Source: Thermoproteota archaeon (GTDB lineage Archaea; Korarchaeota; Korarchaeia; Korarchaeales; Korarchaeaceae). From it: 64,000 nucleotides of DNA. The position numbers and the translations under genes are program-made. Below are positions 30,101-39,635 of this stretch, one piece after another (positions within the stretch are counted from its first letter, which is position 1; each line of letters begins with the position of its first letter). The notes beneath the pieces were generated by a model, which saw only the letters and a list, made by a program, of their open reading frames with translations, was not told where the DNA came from and did no database searches. Location: positions 128,001 through 192,000 of the forward strand of contig JALSOH010000009.1 in assembly GCA_026986575.1 (NCBI GenBank). Direction: 5' to 3'.

Positions 30101-30472
30101 GGCTTCAAGGGATGGTACTGGTTCAGGGAAGCCCGATCCGTACATTATGGTCAGAAGGAGGGAGGACAGGATGAAGCTCAAAGACAGAGAGACGGTCGGA
30201 CTCCGAGGTCGAATAGTGAATGTCAGTCCATAAAGAGACGTCAGGAGGAAGAGGATACCCAGCAACGACCTGAGATCTGGAATCTCCACCGCCCAAGGGA
30301 GGGCCAATAAGATCGCGGGTGAAACGAGGAGAAGGAGCCCGTGCACCACCCTCGATGGGACCTTGCATTCACACTCCCTCCGGCTGAGAGCTAAGATCAA
30401 TGTAAGGGCGAGAGCCGCGAGGAAGGTCAGGAAGCCAAAGATCTTAGTGGGTGGGACCGAGGCACCCCTCAA
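27158..30472 (-). CDS. large multi-pass membrane protein, possible GT-C-fold glycosyltransferase with C-terminal beta-rich extracellular domains
   Basis: About 550 aa of TM helices with a YDP..H loop and WEYRF; soluble beta-rich region; C-terminal TM plus RRR. Confidence 0.6.
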   Translation of the reverse strand: MRGASVPPTKIFGFLTFLAALALTLILALSRRECECKVPSRVVHGLLLLVSPAILLALPWAVEIPDLRSLLGILFLLTSLYGLTFTIRPRSPTVSLSLSFILSSLLLTIMYGSGFPEPVPSLEALSLISSAVGFIFLRMRGDVKGESLEVSSYSLLLIPSSLLLLSELTLVFRFLPYFITYDPILHQYWARMLADNFHAYSDWYYVGYHSILAFTYEMGGSSPLELVRTSWSLNLIALLLVHKSFSKLKGREISFVTWTAFSGLSWIAWIKYGADMTALEEVEGVTYRSLTWGFPQFLWGFPLTLSIGILSLLIYLHEGLEHPEFPIYVTLLFLFLLHVVEAVLFSIYVLFRAIGGKRVPVSVVLVPLTVIILHFVWGTSMGLILPSLAMLAFGLLALLALGTGFRIQFSGVWPSIRPILASLYLSGILIWIYRMDSLNIHRIQGLGQFPWILYPVLLGVPGFLVLLSDLRERRAFLVLALSSIVMGKLITIYKLWVGSIPYWEYRFVLYAFLGVSAAAGYQIARMKVRRRVLAVILLTSILSTSLSAARWAQIADTAGNVLNPLDVRFMSDSNVSEPLLLFSYNSVWVAAYGPPVRWIRSIPPWVARGPELVMASLDPFEEVDVLATIYDEALLWGMNASRSYMGGYWKEVPSISHIRTSCIDPNSSIAVILPSDTYLRERALDAYRLIGEALPPHTTYLRDDPFAPRGIYLGSPTSLIEVNETLPVDPKDVRWIYVRGPFLRGLRVVGDEGVAVTRFELEEGEFTLEACPEKNNGSVAVIFEYEGPRRYREAGIDLIRGTVFGTEDDGPVPRSRCYRIVLRVGPEGASLVVNGREFPVDGKGGVVGLHTVGFFGNLTGWVRGTHRVEGPRRGDVVLSVVPGGDVDLSALLDSYYRKGQVDSELLIETRSEVQRVVNSWRPGRCGLPTDVGTARGIKASGSVLIEGRAVWVERKGDVEGERRYLARERSTLNARAARMRGGLGFYVIVEVKGAELNGTPLPDGSLVMFRTPFLLRANGSVQIRDYHRLGRFSTDISSPELKSIQVKVLMGDVAYVFTPSLSVSLPRSVYNELGDLLLALPVAAILLIGRALLRRRLAGWEEGP

Positions 30473-30508
30473 TGCGCTTACACCTTGCCTAGCCCACTCA
30501 ACTTAAGT

Positions 30509-32458
30509 TTAGCTCCTGAAAACACGCCTCCTTCTTCTAGCTAGGACTAGGACCAGCAGCGCGACCACTAAAACGGCTGCAGCTCCGGCAACTGGGATCA
30601 ATGGGATCTCAAACCCTCCCTCCCTTTCCTGAATGGTCAGCTGGAACGTAGTTGTACCTGCGGTTCCGCCTGACTTTGCCGTGATTACCCCGGTGAATGA
30701 GCCAACCGTATTCCCGGCTTTGATTAGCAGGGAGCTGGCGCCCGTTCCCTCGATGAGGGGTGGATTGAAGGAGTACTCGGCGTCTGGCGGCAGGCCGCTC
30801 ACCTGAAGGGTGACGGTTCCCTCCGCACCGGTGACCATCACGGCGATCGATCCGGACTCACCGATCCTCAGGGAGAGGCTGGACGGACTTACTGAGAGTG
30901 AGAGCTGGGTTGTGCGGGTTGTCTCAGCTGTAGAGGTCCCGGTCATCGTCTCGGTGGTCGATGCAGATGTATATGTAGATGTTCCTCCCCGCTCCCCCTT
31001 CCCGATCACCAGCCTTATGGTGCCCGACCTGGTCAGGTCCCCTCCAGATGCGGTCACGCCGAGAGTGTAGTTTCCCGGCGGAGTCGAATCACCCACACTT
31101 ATGGTCACAACCGACTGGTAGGAGGGGGGCATTCCATTGGCCGAGAAGGAGGCGGAGCAGCCATTGCACAGGTTGGACAGGGTCAAGGTCACTGGCTGGG
31201 TGAAGCCACCGTATCCATTCACTGAGACAGTGAATGTTCCGCTTCCTCCTTGGACCACCGCGATCTCGCTTTTATCTAGGGATATGATGAAGCCCGGTTC
31301 CTCACCGACTTCCAAAGTTCCAGTGACGTTATGAACCTTATCTGCGCCTTCAGCGATCACCGTGAATTGGAGGGTGGAGAGAGGAACGTTGGGGGAGGTG
31401 GTTATTCTAAGGATCGAGGTGTAGGGCGGATTAAGCGAGTTCTGGGAGAAGGAGTACTGGAAGCCCGATCCCAGACCTGTGACCTTCAGATTCACAGGCG
31501 CATCGAAGTTCCCGATCTTCCCGACATCCACCGTGAATGTGACACTCCCACCCCTCTGAACCCTTGCGGATATGGGGGATAGGGAGACGGAGAAGTCCCT
31601 CGGGGATTCCTCGACCTGGACCATGAGGTTGACTGTCTTGCTCCTACTTCCCCATGGGCCGGATATGGCCGCGCCTAGCGTGATCGTGTAGTTGCTTGGG
31701 TCCAGGTCCTCCGGGACCTGGATGTTCACTGTAGCCTGTGCCGTACCACCCGATTCCAGATGCACGGTGAGGGCGGACAGGGATACTCCCGGACTGGGGC
31801 TGGCAGCGGTCATTGATAGCTGTACATCGCCCTCAAATCCCTGCAGGGACTCCACCAGTAAGGTAGCTTGAGCAGCCTCCCCCTGCCGCACGACCATCGT
31901 ATCGGGGTCAACTGACAGCGCTACGTCGGGCACCAATCCGTAGACCCTGATCATGAAGTCGAGAGTATCGGAGACCGGAGAGCCTGCCTTTATCCTCCGG
32001 CCATCCTCGTAGGCTCCATCACACATGTGCCAAACGATGTTCCCGAAACCCGCTCTGACCTCTATAACGTAGGTAGAGCCGGGATCCACTTCTATGAGTG
32101 AGGAGGAATTTACGAAGAACCAAGCCTTGCTGCCGGGGCCGATGGTCATCGTCTTGCTGAGGAGAGAGGGTCCGTTTATCGAGCCCTCGTGTAGGGTCAC
32201 GGTGAATGGAGCGGGGCTCCCCCATCTGCTCTCTAGGTAGACCGCTATGGTGGTTATGGTGCCAACCACGGGTTTGAAGGTCTGCCCGATGGGATTGTTC
32301 GTAGAGACGACCTCCGCCCCAACTGAGGGGCATGAAATGCTCACCTGCCTAAACTGATCCTGCTGGGCTCTTAATGTCGTAACAATGTCAGTAGAGGCTA
32401 GGAAGAAGGGCAGCAATAGGAGAAAGGTTAGCACATACATCGATCTAAAGGTAAACAC
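30509..32458 (-). CDS. secreted, C-terminally anchored surface protein with Ig-like repeats
   Basis: Signal peptide; repeats like FS.S.SP....V.QGGS.TFTV.V...G.F..PV.L; Thr-rich linker; TM plus RRRRR. Confidence 0.8.
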   Translation of the reverse strand: MFTFRSMYVLTFLLLLPFFLASTDIVTTLRAQQDQFRQVSISCPSVGAEVVSTNNPIGQTFKPVVGTITTIAVYLESRWGSPAPFTVTLHEGSINGPSLLSKTMTIGPGSKAWFFVNSSSLIEVDPGSTYVIEVRAGFGNIVWHMCDGAYEDGRRIKAGSPVSDTLDFMIRVYGLVPDVALSVDPDTMVVRQGEAAQATLLVESLQGFEGDVQLSMTAASPSPGVSLSALTVHLESGGTAQATVNIQVPEDLDPSNYTITLGAAISGPWGSRSKTVNLMVQVEESPRDFSVSLSPISARVQRGGSVTFTVDVGKIGNFDAPVNLKVTGLGSGFQYSFSQNSLNPPYTSILRITTSPNVPLSTLQFTVIAEGADKVHNVTGTLEVGEEPGFIISLDKSEIAVVQGGSGTFTVSVNGYGGFTQPVTLTLSNLCNGCSASFSANGMPPSYQSVVTISVGDSTPPGNYTLGVTASGGDLTRSGTIRLVIGKGERGGTSTYTSASTTETMTGTSTAETTRTTQLSLSVSPSSLSLRIGESGSIAVMVTGAEGTVTLQVSGLPPDAEYSFNPPLIEGTGASSLLIKAGNTVGSFTGVITAKSGGTAGTTTFQLTIQEREGGFEIPLIPVAGAAAVLVVALLVLVLARRRRRVFRS

Positions 32459-32501
32459 CTCTTGTTGATATGGGAGGGAAGATTATAAAATGAAATCGGG
32501 G

Positions 32502-33116
32502 TCAGCCCAAGCTGGAGATCCAATCGGCGATGCCTGAGGTGAGCATGTCCGCGGCCGCAGCCGCGACTATTATGGCCATGAACCTGGCCAGTCCCCTCAG
32601 CCCGTTGACCCCTAGGAGGCTTCTCAACTTGGACGAATGCATGAGTATCAGATAAGTTGCTGCAGTCACTAGCGTTGCTGAGGCAAAGAGAACGCTGTTA
32701 GCAGCTAGGAACCCGTACTTGGTCGTGTACTCCGTGGACAGGACTAGGATCGTTGTCATGGTTCCTGGCCCCATCAGCAAGGGAGTGGCGAGGGGAACGA
32801 CCGCCAGCTCCTCTTCCTCTACCTCCTTGGTCCTTGGCATTCCCTGAAGCATGTCTATAGCCAGCACGGTGAGGATTATCCCTCCCCCTATCTTCAGACC
32901 GGTGACCGTTACGCCGAGGACCATGAGTATCACCTTCCCCAGCGCAGAAAAGAGCAACATCATCAGGAAGATGGCTATCGAAACCACTTTCACTATCCTG
33001 CGAACTTCATAATCGTCCCTCCCCTCGGTCAGTGATAGGAACGTTGGGACGACGCTTATCGGGTTGAGAATGGCGAATATCTGCATTGTCGAGACGATGA
33101 GGATCTGGGGATCCAT
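32502..33116 (-). CDS. MarC family membrane protein
   Basis: FAILNP..P.F, GGIIL and AVVPLATPLLMGPG. Confidence 0.9.
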   Translation of the reverse strand: MDPQILIVSTMQIFAILNPISVVPTFLSLTEGRDDYEVRRIVKVVSIAIFLMMLLFSALGKVILMVLGVTVTGLKIGGGIILTVLAIDMLQGMPRTKEVEEEELAVVPLATPLLMGPGTMTTILVLSTEYTTKYGFLAANSVLFASATLVTAATYLILMHSSKLRSLLGVNGLRGLARFMAIIVAAAAADMLTSGIADWISSLG

Positions 33117-34484
33117 CCAGCCCTCCTGACCCTACAAGTAAAAAACTGAGTGATTTACCCACCTTCCTAATTCCGCTTACCCTTCAACCCACCCTAGGTA
33201 TGCCCGTTGACTCACGATAGGAGTCCGCCAATCGAAAGAGGTGGACCAAGTAGGTCACACCACATCTCCTGCGATTTGACCTCACCACCACCGTTTAAGT
33301 CGCGCCAGCTAACCGGCATCAGATTCGATGAGGGCCAAAGGTAGCTCACGTTGTTCAAGAGCCACATCAAGCCAACCATGTTGGTAATCTACTCATGCCC
33401 GCGATCCCGGTCAGTCCTCTCATATGGTCCCTGTAGATAATCGCTTGTTCCCCCTGCCACGGGTGGGAGGTCAGCACTTTCCCCTAAGTACCTTAGAGCA
33501 TATACTTTCCCTTGCTAGAACCTTATCCAACGATCCCCAGCCGGATGAAATTACGGCCTATCCGACGCGCGACTTATGTTATACGCCTCAAGGGAAGGCC
33601 TTTCAGGCTGGAAAGTCCTCATTGAAGCTATTGCCTGACTGCTCAGCCCTAAGACGCGTGTCTCCCTCTATTGGGATTGAGACCTTGAAACATCACCGTA
33701 TCTCGCCCGCAGAGGGGTAAGAGGCACTGCTCTTGGACGCGCAGCGAAACTAACTGCTCTCAAATCTCCTAAGAAGTAACATGCGAATCACATGCGGCAC
33801 CTTCTAATTGTCAGCGGAAACGAGACAACGGATAGCGTCGGGAGCAACACTGCTTGGTAGCTTCCACATCTGTTTCGTCTGCCGTCTTTTTTACCAGAAT
33901 GAGGCTGCTTACTGTATATATTGACGATATACTCGAGATCGCGGGAAGACCCCCTTCTCTTCCTGTAAATAAGGGAAACGATCCCTTTCAAGCAACTCCC
34001 CCCACGGCTTTCTCTTAATGACCAGTTGATTAATAAAAATGGTCGATATCCTCAGGTAACCGCTTACAGCGGTCCCTCCATCCCATCACAGCGTTAATTT
34101 AACATTCATGATGGAGCCGCGGAATCCTTGTTCTACATGAACTGCCGCATCCGTTATTTCGAAGCTGAATGATGTGGTCATTAAGTCGCTTATTTTTTAT
34201 AATGCAGCCTGAGCACGATCTAATCATATCATTCGTCAGACCTAAAGCGAGGAGCATGGAATGAATGGACGCGAGGGGATGGACGGTCCTTTCCTGTTGA
34301 CTGCTCTGACGGCATTTCCCTCTACGGCGACTGTCCGAACACGCTCACATCTAGCGAACAGATGCGTCCCTAGCTGCGGCTTTGCCTGATACCCTTTAGG
34401 CTGAAGGGTAAAAGGACACCTCTGCCCTCACAAAATCCCTTTCACCAGCTTGATGAGTGTCATAAAATAGCCGTTAGAGGGAGT

Positions 34485-34727
34485 TTAAAGGAAGTCCTCC
34501 CTCAATTCCCTTTCAACTTTCAACCATGAATCTAGATCTAGGAAGTCTAGGGAAATGAACCTCTCGGTCGTTATTTCTCCCAAGACCCAGTTCAAGGTAT
34601 CCACCACATTGCACAGGAAGGCGAAAGAGTGGGAATCTATGTCTTCCTCAGGCCCATATTCCATCATCACTTCCACGACGCTCTTGAGGATGTCTCTCAT
34701 CCTCTCTATCTCGATTGATGATCGCAT
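34485..34727 (-). CDS. small hypothetical protein
   Basis: 80-aa ORF preceded on the minus strand by an AT-rich TATA-like sequence; TLNWVLGE motif. Confidence 0.5.
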   Translation of the reverse strand: MRSSIEIERMRDILKSVVEVMMEYGPEEDIDSHSFAFLCNVVDTLNWVLGEITTERFISLDFLDLDSWLKVERELREDFL

Positions 34728-34954
34728 TAAGGGATTTTTATATGTACTTTTATATCTCCTTTACTCTTCGGCTAATGAGGAAATTGCATTCATTCTGTCG
34801 GAACCGCATCCCACAAAAGTCCATGAAAGATATCTCCTGTCAATGTGAACTCAGAGCAAGAGGATCCTTCCGCCATGTAAGAAAATGTTACGGAGTGGAA
34901 GCCACGGCATGTATCGTTTTTAGTCCTTTAACGCAGATGGCTTAAGGTGATGTA

Positions 34955-35365
34955 ATGTCCCTCAAAGCAAGTAGACCTCTGGGGGTAACCATACTCGCTG
35001 TCTTAGCTGGAATCTCCGGCATACTTTCCGTAGTAGGAGGCATAACGCTAGTGGCCTTGGGTCCAATGATGACATCTATGGCTGCCCAACAGGGAGTGCC
35101 TGGCATGATGGGATTTTTTGGAGGCATGATCATCGTCATGGGCGTGATGGTCTTGATAGTGGGGGTACTGGATCTTGTGGTGGCTTGGGGTTACTGGACG
35201 GGCCAGGGATGGGCGTGGGTTCTCGGAGTGATCCTCGGTGTGATAGGAATAATCATGGGAATCATCCAAATAACCAACGGGGGAATAATAGGACTCATCA
35301 TAAACGCGATAATACTTTACTACCTTTTCCAGCCTCATGTTAAGGAGTATTTCGGAAGGATGTAA
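34955..35365 (+). CDS. four-TM archaeal membrane protein
   Basis: RPLGVTILAVL...G.W.G.GWAW...YYL.QP.VK.YF is a common archaeal membrane-protein pattern. Confidence 0.8.
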   Translation: MSLKASRPLGVTILAVLAGISGILSVVGGITLVALGPMMTSMAAQQGVPGMMGFFGGMIIVMGVMVLIVGVLDLVVAWGYWTGQGWAWVLGVILGVIGIIMGIIQITNGGIIGLIINAIILYYLFQPHVKEYFGRM

Positions 35366-35624
35366 GATCAGGAATATAGAAATCCCCTTTTTAACATCTT
35401 TTTGGCATAGAAGTGTAGATTGTGCAATCATCAGCTGGGATTATTAAGTTTCCTTATTAACGGGAAGGATGTCTTGCGCATCCTCTCTCATCTGCGGGGA
35501 TCCGCCTGCACCCAAGGGTTGTCAATAGAAGTTGGAATGTTTGAAGCCTAATATTTGCGGCCCTGCAGGAAACATAATTAAAAAGAGATGACATAGCCAA
35601 GATATATTTTTATTTATCAGCCTA

Positions 35625-36194
35625 ATGAGTTACTTCCAAGGAGACATGGACATCACGGTTGAAAAAATTGTTTGGGTAGTACTGGCCCTCTTAGCTGCTA
35701 GCATGGTAGGAATGATCCTGTTCGATAGACTTCTGCCTGGGACGGAGCAAGTCGGACAGAGGTTCTATGTAAGACTGATTAAGTCATCCTTCGTGGAAAA
35801 CCTACCTATCACAGCGCCAACCAGTTACTGGGGAAATCAAGCCCTCATGTCTATCATCGACGCTGATCGGAGAGGATCGTTGGACGAAACTATCCCCTCG
35901 AGTGGTTACGTAGTATCATTGAGGATCGTGAATGGAGGTGAGGGAGGACCCGACATTGTCGCTCTGAGATTCACGCCAGTGGGCTTTGGGGTACCAGAAA
36001 ATCCATATGTGTTCCTACCAGATGGTACGGACATATCAGATGGCTACTTCCTTCCATATCACATACCTCCTAAGGGTACTTCAGATGTGACCGTTCTAAT
36101 TCCATCTAACTACGTTGATAGGGAAAAAGTCCTGATAGTTACCGCCACCTTCAACGATGGTACCGAATCCTCACAGAGCGTACCTATTCCATGA
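35625..36194 (+). CDS. N-terminally anchored beta-rich exported protein (possibly pilin-like)
   Basis: Short leader, one hydrophobic helix, then a beta-strand-rich domain. Confidence 0.65.
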   Translation: MSYFQGDMDITVEKIVWVVLALLAASMVGMILFDRLLPGTEQVGQRFYVRLIKSSFVENLPITAPTSYWGNQALMSIIDADRRGSLDETIPSSGYVVSLRIVNGGEGGPDIVALRFTPVGFGVPENPYVFLPDGTDISDGYFLPYHIPPKGTSDVTVLIPSNYVDREKVLIVTATFNDGTESSQSVPIP

Positions 36195-36332
36195 GGTTAC
36201 ACTTCACCCCTTAGGAATTTCACCGTCAGTTTGCGCGTGATATGCCCCCTCATCTATCTATCCCAGATAACGCGCGTAAAATTATTATATGTAAGCTAAC
36301 CCTTCCTAACCAACTGATTGGGAGGTATTGCC

Positions 36333-36710
36333 ATGTCCATGAGCTCTAGCATAGACATTCTCCTGAAAGAAGTTCTAAGGCGGAATTCAACCGACATCAC
36401 TGGTGTAGTTATAGCGTCGAAGGACGGGTTACTCATTGGACACAGACTTTCTGAGGAGGGCCTCGATCCAGGAAGTGTTGCTGCGTATATGGCAGCCCTC
36501 TCTGAAGATCAAAAGAAGATAATAGGTCAACTAGGACTCGATGAGGTTAAAACAACCATTGTAGAGACTTTAAGAGGAAAATTCATCATGAAGGAGGAGG
36601 GAGACCACTTAATCGCCATTATAGCGTATCCAGAGGCTAATCTAGGGCTTATTATGCTGGAGATCAAAAGATTAGCCGAGAATCTCAGAGCAGCCTTGAA
36701 CCCCAAGTAA
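36333..36710 (+). CDS. Roadblock/LC7 (MglB-like) domain protein
   Basis: GVVIASKDGLLI, VAAYMAAL and ANLGLIMLEIKR. Confidence 0.9.
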   Translation: MSMSSSIDILLKEVLRRNSTDITGVVIASKDGLLIGHRLSEEGLDPGSVAAYMAALSEDQKKIIGQLGLDEVKTTIVETLRGKFIMKEEGDHLIAIIAYPEANLGLIMLEIKRLAENLRAALNPK

Positions 36711-36712
36711 AT

Positions 36713-37141
36713 CTACTCAAGAATTAATTTTTCTTTGTTTTCTTCCGCGACTCTGAGTAAAATCCTTTCCAATTCATCAACAAGTCTGAGGGACTTATCC
36801 AAATCCCTCGAAAGTGTACCAAGGGCTAGGACAACATCTTCATCTAATTTTCTTATGATAACGTAACCACGCTCGCCTCTTAGAATTACCTCTCCTAGAG
36901 AACCCATCCCCGAATACTCCAAAAAACTGAGCCCTATCTCTGAGATGGCTGAACTCGAGGATGAGAGAAACTCGTTTACCACATTACCTGAATTTGATGA
37001 GGAGAATATGGTCGTCCCATCTGAGAAGCTGATGATGACTAGAGTTATGACATCGTCAGCAGTGTTTATGAAGTTACCTATCGATTCTCTGATCGCCCTG
37101 AGAAGGTCGGCCTCAGCAGTATGAATATCCCTTGATCCCAT
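36713..37141 (-). CDS. divergent Roadblock/LC7 domain protein
   Basis: VIISFSDGTTI and G.LGEVILRGERGYVII. Confidence 0.8.
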   Translation of the reverse strand: MGSRDIHTAEADLLRAIRESIGNFINTADDVITLVIISFSDGTTIFSSSNSGNVVNEFLSSSSSAISEIGLSFLEYSGMGSLGEVILRGERGYVIIRKLDEDVVLALGTLSRDLDKSLRLVDELERILLRVAEENKEKLILE

Positions 37142-37439
37142 TCCAGATCCTCCAAGAGCGGGACTGCTTTAAAACAATTAAAAAGGTAACTACAGCTCTA
37201 TTAGGCTTGGATAAGAATAGAACTTCTGATAAATGTCTCTTAGAAAGCTGAGTGTAAGGTAGATTCTATCTCTGTTTCTATTATTTTTATGTTTAACAAG
37301 ATGTTTTTTTGATTATGCTTAAAACATATATTTTTTGAAATAGCCATTCGGACGTAAGACTAGCAGGATTATTATCCAGAGTAGAAGTCAAGTTGCGCTA
37401 TTATTCTCGGAGCTGATCATGTGTATCTTAATATAAGCA

Positions 37440-38024
37440 GAAGACCTTTGAGAGTAACTATACGAGCAGCACTGGCTGGTATCTCTTGTATCCTCTCCCT
37501 CCTAGATAGAGTAACCCCTATGGCCTTGGGCTCATGTTATCGTCGGCTATGACGGGACGGGGAGCACCTAGTCAGGGATTCTAAGTTAGACTTGTCAATT
37601 CGTCCTTTGTAGGGGCTTCCTGCATCTACATTTAATGATGTATATGGAGACTATGTTATCCCGGCAACAATCTCAGCTGATAATCGATTTATCGGCACGA
37701 GAGGGTAAATTCTCCTGAAAGGGAGGATATATATTATCACACACAAGATGGTGCGCGGAGGTGAAAGAGGTCTTGAGATAACGGCTCTCAGGTTCAAGCC
37801 AGTGGATCTCGGTGTGATAAGAGCTCTACACATCTTCCTCTCGAATGGAGAAGATATCGAAAATACCTCGGACAGATACTTCCTCTCCACGCCTACACTA
37901 CCAAAGGAAACCATAGATGCCAGGACACCCGTCCTTTCCCATATGTAGGTAAGGGAAAATCTTGGTCTTTACGGTCGTCTTCAGCGATGAAATGGAGTCT
38001 TCTCAGAGTATAGAGATTCCCTAA
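37440..38024 (+). pseudogene. decayed paralog of the 35625..36194 gene
   Basis: Fragments F*VRLVNSSFV, GGERGLEITALRFKPVDLGV, IFLSNGEDI and VFSDEMESSQSIEIP* align with FYVRLIKSSFV, GGEGGPDIVALRFTPVGFGV, VFLPDGTDI and TFNDGTESSQSVPIP*. Confidence 0.8.
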
Positions 38025-38028
38025 TCCT

Positions 38029-38799
38029 CTAAACTTCCCCTCTCAGGAATTTCACCGTTAATTCATGCCTCGGATTGAGGGCTATGGTATCGGTGAGCCC
38101 GAACTCCACCAGCTCGCCCATGTAGATGAATGCTATGTAATCCGAGATCCTCACAGCTTGGTGGGGCGTGTGAGTCACCAACACGATGGTGATCTCCAGA
38201 TCTCTGAGCAGGCTCCTCAGGGCCTCCTCTATCTTGACCGCGTTTACTGGATCTACATTACCGGTTGGCTCATCCAGAAGGAGGAGCTTCGGTTTCAGGG
38301 CGAGAGCTCTAGCCAAGCAGAGCCTCTGCTGCTGACCACCGCTCAACCGGTGCGGTAGGTCGTCCAACCTGCCCTTCACCTCATCCCACAGCATTGCCTT
38401 CTCCAAGGCCCACCTAACCAGCTCATTCAACTCGTCCTTGCTCCTCACCAGACGGTTGAGCTTGGGTCCTATGGCAACGTTCTCGTATATGCTCATATTG
38501 GGGAAGGGATTGGGAGTCTGGAAGACCATTCCCATCAGCCTTCTGACCCTATAAGGGTCCTCGCTATACACGTCGGTCCCGTAAACTAGGACCTTCCCCT
38601 CAACCTTGGACTCGGGTATCAGGTCAATCAACCTGTTTATAGCCCTGAGAAGGGTGGACTTACCTGAGCCGGAGGGACCCATGACTGCCAGTATCCTCCG
38701 CTTCGGGACCTTAAGTCCCACGTTCTTTATGATGTGCTTCCCCCTTATCCAGACATTCAGTCCCTCTATCTGGAGGGCGTAACCCTTCTCCTCTATCAC
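38029..38799 (-). CDS. pstB: phosphate ABC transporter ATPase
   Basis: [30 protein letters not shown] and DEP; GTG start overlaps the pstA stop. Confidence 0.95.
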   Translation of the reverse strand: MIEEKGYALQIEGLNVWIRGKHIIKNVGLKVPKRRILAVMGPSGSGKSTLLRAINRLIDLIPESKVEGKVLVYGTDVYSEDPYRVRRLMGMVFQTPNPFPNMSIYENVAIGPKLNRLVRSKDELNELVRWALEKAMLWDEVKGRLDDLPHRLSGGQQQRLCLARALALKPKLLLLDEPTGNVDPVNAVKIEEALRSLLRDLEITIVLVTHTPHQAVRISDYIAFIYMGELVEFGLTDTIALNPRHELTVKFLRGEV

Positions 38800-39635
38800 A
38801 GGAACACCTCCTCGGTGAACTTCCTCGAGATCAAGAAGATGATGAGGAACATTACGGTGAGAACGAGGGCAGCGCCCCATGCGACCTGATGCATGTTCGC
38901 GTAAGGGGTCTGAGCATAGTCGAATATCAGAAGGGATATCGAGTCCCCGTAGTCCAGCGGACCTAAGGGGATGTTATACCGGTCTCTCCCTAGCGTGAAC
39001 AGGAGAGGCGCGGTCTCGCCCAGCACCTTCGCGAAGCCTATGAGCATGCCCGTCAGTATTCCCCTCCTTGCTATGCCCACCATTATCTCGAAGACCACCT
39101 TGGGCCTGCTCAGCCCCAGCGCGAAACCCGCCTCCCTATAAGTGAAGGGCACCCCCTCTAAGGCCTGTTCGACATAGGTGGTCACGTAGGGTATCATCAT
39201 TATGGCCAGAGCTAGGGAGCCAGCGAGCATGGAGAACCTCCCCATCGGAACCACGAGTATGGCGTAGACGAGCATGCCCACCACGACGGACGGTATCTCC
39301 AGTAGGGCCTTGCTGAGGACCCTGACCATCTTGGCTAGAGGATTGTCGGGGAACTCGACGGCGAATATGGCGGCGAATAAGGAGAGGGGGATCCCCAGAA
39401 GGGAGCTTAGCACTGCTAATAGAAGGGTGCCAGCTAGGGAGGGAGCTATCCCCCCCAGCCCAGCGTTCGGAGCTGGGGGCACATCTAGGAGGAAGTTCGG
39501 CCCGGCCTCCATTATGACTCCGAACCCGTTCCATATGACCGAAAGGAAGACATGGAATACTGGGAGTACTGCAGCTATCGAAAGGATCACCACTAAAACT
39601 AGGAAGACCCTCTCCTTGACCTCCCTAACGTCCAT
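38796..39635 (-). CDS. pstA: phosphate ABC transporter permease PstA
   Basis: [19 protein letters not shown] and GETAPLLFT. Confidence 0.95.
   Translation of the reverse strand: MDVREVKERVFLVLVVILSIAAVLPVFHVFLSVIWNGFGVIMEAGPNFLLDVPPAPNAGLGGIAPSLAGTLLLAVLSSLLGIPLSLFAAIFAVEFPDNPLAKMVRVLSKALLEIPSVVVGMLVYAILVVPMGRFSMLAGSLALAIMMIPYVTTYVEQALEGVPFTYREAGFALGLSRPKVVFEIMVGIARRGILTGMLIGFAKVLGETAPLLFTLGRDRYNIPLGPLDYGDSISLLIFDYAQTPYANMHQVAWGAALVLTVMFLIIFLISRKFTEEVFL

Noticed and set aside
33117-38024. AT-richer island as a provirus or integrated element
   Set aside because: No integrase, transposase, capsid gene, tRNA target or flanking direct repeat was seen.
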